This document shows, piece after piece, positions 55,287-64,000 of a stretch of 64,000 bases of DNA. The stretch lies in IMG/VR virus record IMGVR_UViG_3300032285_001177. One strand, given 5' to 3'. The stretch comes from a virus. The position numbers and the translations under genes are program-made. The first letter of the stretch is position 1. Every line of letters starts with the position of its first letter. The notes beneath the pieces are model-generated. The model saw only the letters and a program-made list of their open reading frames with translations, was not told the DNA's origin and ran no database searches.

Positions 55287-55472
55287 TTATGTCATCCAGT
55301 AAATTAGTTTATATCCAGAATACTCAACATCTATCTCAGGACAATGTACTTGAATATCACCTGGCAAAAATATTGCAGCAGGTGGGGTTGATAGTTGTCC
55401 TGGAGTTCCACCCCAACATTCTATCATCGTCTCATCATCTACTTTAATTAATTTATATCCAATTATTTGCAT
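55287..55472 (-). CDS. Hypothetical protein
   Basis: AAGGAG SD. Confidence 0.55.
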   Translation of the reverse strand: MQIIGYKLIKVDDETMIECWGGTPGQLSTPPAAIFLPGDIQVHCPEIDVEYSGYKLIYWMT

Positions 55473-55481
55473 CGTATCTCC

Positions 55482-57517
<2,036 letters not shown>

Positions 57518-57518
57518 T

Positions 57519-57526
57519 TATTTATA
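57519..57526 (-). promoter_or_regulatory. Late promoter
   Basis: TATAAATA. Confidence 0.65.
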
Positions 57527-58226
57527 CGTATGCCCATTGAGATTCCATGTTTCTTGATGATGTACTATTTGTCCATGAATAAGCAACTGTTGCTGTACCG
57601 GCTGTGCCTTGGCTATTATCATAGTAGTATGTTTGATCTAAATTTGGTGTTGAAAATGGGCCTGCTGTAGGATTTGCTGGTGTACCAGTTGCTATTAGCG
57701 CAGTTGGAGCTGTCGTACCAAATGAAAGATGGAAGAAGTTAAACCCACCTGCAGACATCGCTAGCGAGTTTGTTCTGCTAGTACCGGTAGCTATCGTTGT
57801 TGTACTTGACGATACATACGATAGTGTGGTCCTACCATCTAAAGTATATACCAGAAATTCTGTAGTACCATTTGCAGAAGCTCCTGATGTTACCACGCTA
57901 ACAGTTACACCAGTCGTACCTGTTGTTACGTTTGCAAAGATCGCAGCATTACCACCTGATGTAGTACTACTAGGATTAGAGTATGCTATGGTTGCAGAGA
58001 CACCATTAATAGTTGCGGATGTAAATGATCTTGGAGTAATCGATGTAACAGGAGTCCTAACAAAAATTATTACCCATCTAGTAGATGTTGCTGTTCCTAT
58101 GTTTACACTTGCAGTCTTAGTCGCAGCAGTGCTTGCTGCCATCTGGAAAGGTCCTTGCGATGTGAGCGTGGCTATTGTGTTACTGTTACTCGAAAACGAG
58201 CCTATCAATGCTTGCATCATACTCAT
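57522..58226 (-). CDS. Thr/Ser-rich putative virion protein
   Basis: Start MSMMQ coupled to the fibre stop codon; beta-rich composition. Confidence 0.65.
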   Translation of the reverse strand: MSMMQALIGSFSSNSNTIATLTSQGPFQMAASTAATKTASVNIGTATSTRWVIIFVRTPVTSITPRSFTSATINGVSATIAYSNPSSTTSGGNAAIFANVTTGTTGVTVSVVTSGASANGTTEFLVYTLDGRTTLSYVSSSTTTIATGTSRTNSLAMSAGGFNFFHLSFGTTAPTALIATGTPANPTAGPFSTPNLDQTYYYDNSQGTAGTATVAYSWTNSTSSRNMESQWAYV

Positions 58227-61200
58227 TATGTTAGACCTGCACCTGAACAATGGAATGTTGGAGTTCCACCACCGACTACACATAAGTATGTCGCCATACC
58301 ATACTGAGCTAGTGTCCTGTTACCAGTCGATGCTGTACCAGCTAGTCTGAATGTTACTGATGTACCTGCAGTAATCGTTTGTGCTGACGCAGAGTTGTTA
58401 ACGATGGTGACCATATCACCAGCATTGAATACTGAGGCATTGATCGTCACACCGCCTGTAGAGATGTAGATAGTCTTACCTGCATCAGAAGCCGCGGCAA
58501 TGTATGCTCCACCCTGCGTATTGATCGGTGCGGCACGCACATCTCCTTTAGAATCTGAGATAATACCAGATGCATTAATTACACCAGTAGCACCAGTCGC
58601 GCCTGTACCCACAGTAATATTTGATGTGATAATCATGCCTGACGCATTGATTGAACCTGTTGCACCGGCCGAAGCACCACCTACGGCTACGGCAGCATTT
58701 AATACTACAACACCAGATGCACCAATGGTTGGGGTAGTATTGATATTGATACCAGTGCCAGATATATTACCTGAAGCATTGATAGAACCTGTTGCACCTG
58801 TAGCACCAGTTCCTACTGCTAAGAGTACTGGATTAGTTCCTCCAACACCTGTAGCACCGCTTGCCCCTTGTACACCTGTAGCACCATTAATGCCTGATGC
58901 ACCACTAGCACCAGATGCGCCACTAATACCAGTAGCTCCACTTGCTCCTGAGGCTCCACTTGCGCCTGATGCACCATTAACTGCAGCTGGTCCAGTTGAT
59001 CCTGTTGCACCATTGATAGCTACACCAGTTGCTCCTGATGCACCGTTGATTGCTGCTGGTCCTGTTGCACCTATCGGTCCTGTTGAACCAGTTGCGCCTG
59101 ATGCTAGTAGTACACCAGCTAAGTATGCGGTATTAAAGTAAGCAGTAGTTGCAGACATCGAACCAGTAGATCCAATATATCCTGTTGCACCTGTAGTACC
59201 TACTGCAAGGTTAGGTGATTGGATTTGACCTGATGTATTGATCGTACCAGTTGCACCAGTAGCACCAGTACCGATAGCAAGAGCTTGTGCACCCATACCT
59301 TGTGATGAGTTAATACTATTGAAAGCTGATATTGTACCCGTAGCACCTACTGATACACCACCTGCAGCAATTGCACCATTAACTAATACTGCTCCAGATG
59401 CACCGAGACCTGCATTTCCAATGCTAATACCACCAGCTAACATGTTACCAAGAGCAGTGATAGAACCCGATGCACTAACAGTTCCAGTTGCTCCAGGACT
59501 TGATGTTCCTGCACTAATACCACCTGTTATAGCTAAAGTATTTCCATCAATTCTACCTAATGCATAGATTGATCCAGTTGCACCTGAGGCTCCTATATTA
59601 CCTATCTGTAGAGATTGGGCAAACATTGCTAATCCCGCTTTAATCTCTCCGGACGCTGTGATAGATCCAGTCGCACCTGTCGCACCAGTACCTACAGTTA
59701 ATGTACCTGTACCTATATTAGCATTTGCAATAATAGATCCAGTTGAACCTAAGATGCCAGTGGCTCCAAGTCCAATTTGTAAGTTTTGAGTAACAGTGTT
59801 TACAGCATTAACCGCAGTTGCACCAAGCGTTGGAGTATTTACGGATAGTGAAGCAGTAATTGCACCAGTTGCACCTGTCGCTCCAGTACCAATTGCTAAG
59901 TTAGGAGCAGTGATGGTATTAGATGCCATAACTGTACCAGTCGCACCTGTAGCACCAGTACCAACAGTTAATGTACCAGATGCTATATTAGTTGTAGCAC
60001 TGATATTACCTGAAGTGTTGATAGAACCGGTTGCACCTGTTGCACCGGTACCAACTTCGATTGTTTGTACAGCGATGTTAACAACGTTAGCAGCGGTCGC
60101 ACCTAATGTTGGAGCATTAACAGATAGTGAAGCATTGATAACTCCGGTTGCGCCTGTCGCGCCTGTACCTATCGCTAAGTTTGGAGCAGATACTGTATTA
60201 GTTGTAATGATTGTACCAGTTGAACCAACTGTTGCACCACCAATAGCTAAGGTACTAGATGCTAATGCTGTAGCAGCTATTTGTCCAGAAGCGTTAATAG
60301 AACCTGTAGCTCCTGTGGCACCAGTACCAATTTGAATTGTTTGAGCTGTAAGGTTTACGGTGTTAGCTGCAGTTGCACCCAATGTAGGAGCGTTAACAGA
60401 TAATGAAGCATTGATAACACCTGTAGCACCAGTTGCTCCTGTACCGATAGCTAAGTTAGGAGCTGAGATAGTATTTGATGTGATAACAGTACCTGTAGCA
60501 CCAGTTGCACCAGTTCCTACTGTTATTGTACCGTGAGAAACGTTATTTGCAAATACACCTACTAGGGCATTAATGGATCCTGTAGCACCTGTTGCACCTG
60601 TACCAACTTCAATCGTTTGTGCTGCAAGGTTTACGGTGTTAACACCAGTCGCTCCATGTGTAGGAGCATTAACAGCTACTGAAGCATTGATTGTACCTGT
60701 AGCTCCTGTGGCACCTGTGCCAACTTCAATCGTTTGTATAGCAAGGTTAGTAGCAGTTATTGTACCGCTAGCACCGGTTGCACCAGTACTAAATGATGCA
60801 GCATTAATAGATCCAGTTGCAATGATAGAGCCTGTTGCTCCAGCAGTGCCTGCACCAACAACTGCATTCTTAAGAACACCCACTGAAGTTAAGCTTGAGT
60901 TAACAACGTTAGTTCCTAATGTAGTTGAACTAAGTACTGCTACGTTATTGATATAGTATGTTAATGATGCGCCACCAAGATTCCAGTTATCCGAAGCGTT
61001 CCAATAACCAGTGTTTGTACCAGCGGTTGTGGCTGTCGCAGCCCAACTTAATGTCTTGTCTGTTGCACCTTTAAGTGTAACACCACCACCAGCTGCTGTA
61101 ACATCTGTTACCCCGCCGATTGTTAATGTAACACCCGCAGTTGGTCCACCAGTACCAGTTAACGCTGCACTTAATGTGATTTGAGTTGCGCTATCAACAG

Positions 61201-63856
61201 ATTGAACTGTTGTACCACCAGCAACAGTGATTGTACCAGCACCAGTTAATGCAGTAAGTGCAGATCCTGGAATAATACCAGTTACGCTTGACATGTTTGT
61301 GATGATACCAGATCCAGCAGTTACCGTACCTGTAGGGCTTACTGCTGTTACAGAACCTAACTCGATGTTCTTATCATCAACAGTTAGAGTGTTTGAGTTT
61401 ACTGTAGTTGTAAGACCGTTAACAGTTAAGTTACCAGTGATCGTTGTATTACCACCGACGTTTAGGTCACCTGAAGCATTGATAGATCCTGTAGCACCAG
61501 TTGCACCTGTACCAACTCTAAATGATTGTATTACGCCGTCAGTGCCAACTAATGTATTAGTAGTAACACCTGTTGAACCAACTGATAATGCACTAAATGC
61601 ATTTATGGTCGCAGCTGTTGCACCGATAGATGCTGCGGTTACAGAACCTGATGTAACGATTGAACCTGTGGCACCAGTTGCGCCAGTACCAACTTGAATT
61701 GTTTGAGCTGTAAGGTTTACTGTATTAACACCTGTTGCACCGTGTGTAGGAGCATTAACAGCTGTTGATGCATTGATTGTTCCTGTAGCACCTGTAGCAC
61801 CAGTACCGACCGTAAGTGTACCAAACGCGGCGTTATTTGTGATTACACCAGTAATAGCACTAATAGAACCTGTTGCTCCCGTAGCACCTGTGCCGAGGAT
61901 AATATTAGGTGAAGTGATCCATCCGCCAAACGCAGCACTAGTTGCACCAATAGATTGCGCTGTTAGAGGACCAGAAGCATTGATAGAACCGGTTGCACCT
62001 GTTGCACCTGTACCTACTTCAATAGTTTGTAATGCTGAATTAGTTGCAACTAATGTATTAGTAGTAACACCGGTTGAACCAACAGTCAATGCACTGAATG
62101 TATTGATTGTTGCTGCAGTTGCACCAATGGATGCAGCTGTAATTACACCAGATGCATTGATTGTGCCTGTCGCGCCTGTTGCTCCCGTACCAACTTGTAA
62201 TGTTTGCACACTTCCATTAGTAGTAACTAATGTATTTGTTGTAACACCTGTTGCGCCAATTGTTGCTGAAGCTAACGTGTTTGTTGTTACACCAGTTGTT
62301 CCAATTGTTGCTGCAGATAATGTATTAGTAGTAACACCAGTTGCACCAACTGTTGCAGCAGATAATGTATTAGTAGTAACACCAGTTGCACCAACTGTTG
62401 CAGCAGATAATGTATTTGTTGTGATGCCTGTTGCACCAGCGGTACCGATATTTAAAGTATTAGTTGTGATACCAGATGCACCGATTGTTTGCGCGCTAAA
62501 CGTATTAATAGTTGCTGCAGTTGCACCAATAGATGCAGCTGTAACTGATGTTGTAGTTGTTATAGGACCAATAGTACTAATCGCACCAGTAGAACCAGTT
62601 GCACCTAATGTAGTACCTACATTTAATGCATTGGGGATATTAATGTTACCGTTTGCATCTATTCCAAGTCTTATAGCTATAGGAGCCGCACCAGTAGCAC
62701 CGTATCTATCTCTTATTGCAAATTGTCGCGCGCCTGTTGCACCTGTTGCATACATATCAAAATATGCACCGTTTGTAGTAAGTGTTGAATCCCATTCTTG
62801 TAGTTCAACAGATGGGTTTCCACCCACACGGGCGACTTTAACTGAAGCAGAACCGTCTATTAAGTTAAAACTTCTGTTTGCTGGTAAACCAGTTGTAGTT
62901 CCTTGTACCCAAACGTTTGCGATATTTACGTCAGAGATCTTATTGCCAGCCAGTATATGACCATCAGTTGAATATACTCTATTGTATAATCCAACGTTTA
63001 GGTCACCAGAAGCATTGATAGATCCAGTAGCACCAGTTGCTCCAGTGCCTACTCTTAATCCACCATTGATCCATGTTGAATTATCTGTGCCAATCGTCAT
63101 CGCATCGTATGTATTGCCATTGATTACGAAGTGGATTGGTTTTAATGCATATGTACCAATAGCAAGATCAGATGACTGAGATGCAACGTATACCGTGTTA
63201 GGTTGGATAAATGCGCCGCTAGCACCAGTTGCGCCTGATGCACCAGTATTGAACAGCGATGAGTTCATACCAAACTCACCGTAGTAGGTTGAGTTGGTTG
63301 CTTGGTCGTTTGATACTACGAAGTTAGTAGAGGCACTTTGACCCGCAAAAGTATTTTGTAGGAGTAGTTGGTTATAGCTATCTACAGATGATGACCATGA
63401 ACCCATGATGTTGCCATCTGTATAGTTCAATGTACCGTATGAGTATGCTCCTTGTGCAGATGATGCACCTATAGAACCATTAGCTATATAGTATGTACCT
63501 GAAAAAGCGCCAGAAGCATTAACAGAACCTGTTGCACCAACACCTGTTGCACCGACAGCAAGAGTTCCAGTAAATGATGTATTTGTTGTATTAAGGTTTG
63601 AAGATATAGCACCTGTAGCACCTGAAGCGCCTGTCGCACCAGCTCCAACATGCAAACTACCTACAAGTTGTACAGATCCGGTTGCACCAGTAGAACCAAC
63701 TAGTGGTCCTACTTGGAAGGTGTAGAAACCTCCCGAAGTTGGGACTTGACCGGTTGCTCCATAGAAGCCTGTCGCTCCTGAAGCCCCTTGAGGACCTGTT
63801 GTACCAATTGCACCAGCAAAACCACTTGATAATATATTTCTGATATCAGTTGTCAT
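58226..63856 (-). CDS. Large repetitive tail-fibre-like protein (1876 aa)
   Basis: Dozens of (V/I)GTGATGATG(S/T)I units; GNLTVNG..TTVNS..VDDKNIELG segment typical of phage fibres. Confidence 0.75.
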   Translation of the reverse strand: MTTDIRNILSSGFAGAIGTTGPQGASGATGFYGATGQVPTSGGFYTFQVGPLVGSTGATGSVQLVGSLHVGAGATGASGATGAISSNLNTTNTSFTGTLAVGATGVGATGSVNASGAFSGTYYIANGSIGASSAQGAYSYGTLNYTDGNIMGSWSSSVDSYNQLLLQNTFAGQSASTNFVVSNDQATNSTYYGEFGMNSSLFNTGASGATGASGAFIQPNTVYVASQSSDLAIGTYALKPIHFVINGNTYDAMTIGTDNSTWINGGLRVGTGATGATGSINASGDLNVGLYNRVYSTDGHILAGNKISDVNIANVWVQGTTTGLPANRSFNLIDGSASVKVARVGGNPSVELQEWDSTLTTNGAYFDMYATGATGARQFAIRDRYGATGAAPIAIRLGIDANGNINIPNALNVGTTLGATGSTGAISTIGPITTTTSVTAASIGATAATINTFSAQTIGASGITTNTLNIGTAGATGITTNTLSAATVGATGVTTNTLSAATVGATGVTTNTLSAATIGTTGVTTNTLASATIGATGVTTNTLVTTNGSVQTLQVGTGATGATGTINASGVITAASIGATAATINTFSALTVGSTGVTTNTLVATNSALQTIEVGTGATGATGSINASGPLTAQSIGATSAAFGGWITSPNIILGTGATGATGSISAITGVITNNAAFGTLTVGTGATGATGTINASTAVNAPTHGATGVNTVNLTAQTIQVGTGATGATGSIVTSGSVTAASIGATAATINAFSALSVGSTGVTTNTLVGTDGVIQSFRVGTGATGATGSINASGDLNVGGNTTITGNLTVNGLTTTVNSNTLTVDDKNIELGSVTAVSPTGTVTAGSGIITNMSSVTGIIPGSALTALTGAGTITVAGGTTVQSVDSATQITLSAALTGTGGPTAGVTLTIGGVTDVTAAGGGVTLKGATDKTLSWAATATTAGTNTGYWNASDNWNLGGASLTYYINNVAVLSSTTLGTNVVNSSLTSVGVLKNAVVGAGTAGATGSIIATGSINAASFSTGATGASGTITATNLAIQTIEVGTGATGATGTINASVAVNAPTHGATGVNTVNLAAQTIEVGTGATGATGSINALVGVFANNVSHGTITVGTGATGATGTVITSNTISAPNLAIGTGATGATGVINASLSVNAPTLGATAANTVNLTAQTIQIGTGATGATGSINASGQIAATALASSTLAIGGATVGSTGTIITTNTVSAPNLAIGTGATGATGVINASLSVNAPTLGATAANVVNIAVQTIEVGTGATGATGSINTSGNISATTNIASGTLTVGTGATGATGTVMASNTITAPNLAIGTGATGATGAITASLSVNTPTLGATAVNAVNTVTQNLQIGLGATGILGSTGSIIANANIGTGTLTVGTGATGATGSITASGEIKAGLAMFAQSLQIGNIGASGATGSIYALGRIDGNTLAITGGISAGTSSPGATGTVSASGSITALGNMLAGGISIGNAGLGASGAVLVNGAIAAGGVSVGATGTISAFNSINSSQGMGAQALAIGTGATGATGTINTSGQIQSPNLAVGTTGATGYIGSTGSMSATTAYFNTAYLAGVLLASGATGSTGPIGATGPAAINGASGATGVAINGATGSTGPAAVNGASGASGASGASGATGISGASGASGASGINGATGVQGASGATGVGGTNPVLLAVGTGATGATGSINASGNISGTGININTTPTIGASGVVVLNAAVAVGGASAGATGSINASGMIITSNITVGTGATGATGVINASGIISDSKGDVRAAPINTQGGAYIAAASDAGKTIYISTGGVTINASVFNAGDMVTIVNNSASAQTITAGTSVTFRLAGTASTGNRTLAQYGMATYLCVVGGGTPTFHCSGAGLT
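62313..62416. repeat. Exact 45-bp tandem repeat (2.3 copies) inside the fibre gene
   Basis: gcagataatgtattagtagtaacaccagttgcaccaactgttgca x2 plus partial; encodes a 15-aa unit. Confidence 0.85.
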
Positions 63857-63865
63857 GTTCTATTC

Positions 63866-64000
63866 TTAAGAAGTTACTGCAACGATTGTATTTACATTTG
63901 TTTGGATATTATCAATCTTACCAATCTTACCTGCTACTGTATCAGTAGAGTAGTTAGTTGGGCTTGTATTCCATACTGTATCAGCGATAGTAGCTGCTGA
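63866..64000 (-). CDS. C-terminal end of an upstream gene (partial)
   Basis: Open frame SAATIADTVWNTSP...VAVTS-stop running off the window. Confidence 0.55.
   Translation of the reverse strand, partial: SAATIADTVWNTSPTNYSTDTVAGKIGKIDNIQTNVNTIVAVTS

Noticed and set aside
62313-62416. Exact repeats that could be mistaken for a CRISPR array
   Set aside because: No spacers; in-frame 15-aa coding repeat.

Overview
A 64-kb slice of a large T4-like myophage genome with essentially all genes on the minus strand. From left to right it carries: replication/recombination genes (gp41, uvsX, gp43, gp30, regA, gp62/44/45); a nucleotide-modification block (dCMP deaminase, T4 gp42-type dCMP hydroxymethylase, 2OG-Fe(II) oxygenase, all-alpha NTP pyrophosphatases); a six-gene operon that looks like a DNA base hypermodification system (UDG-fold protein, two aGPT-Pplase/amino-acid:DNA-transferase-like paralogs, PLP enzyme, SGNH-fold protein); a host-takeover cluster (Hsp20 with ROSE-like thermometer, RNAP omega-like protein, bS21, and a pqqA peptide absent from the ORF track); AAA ATPase plus peptidase/vWA; gp46/47, gp55, uvsW/Y; the head-neck-tail module (gp23, 22, 21, 20, 19, 18, 17, 15, 14, 13, with no gp16 in its usual place); two fused glycosyltransferase genes; and Gly-Ala-Thr repeat fibre genes. 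Seventeen minus-strand sigma70-type promoters (T(G/T)TAC(A/T)-17 bp-TATAAT), one antisense copy, eight TATAAATA late promoters and IHF-consensus sites can be read directly. The pqqA sequence points to a Methylophilaceae-like (betaproteobacterial methylotroph) host. All family assignments come from motif recognition by eye; no database search was run.
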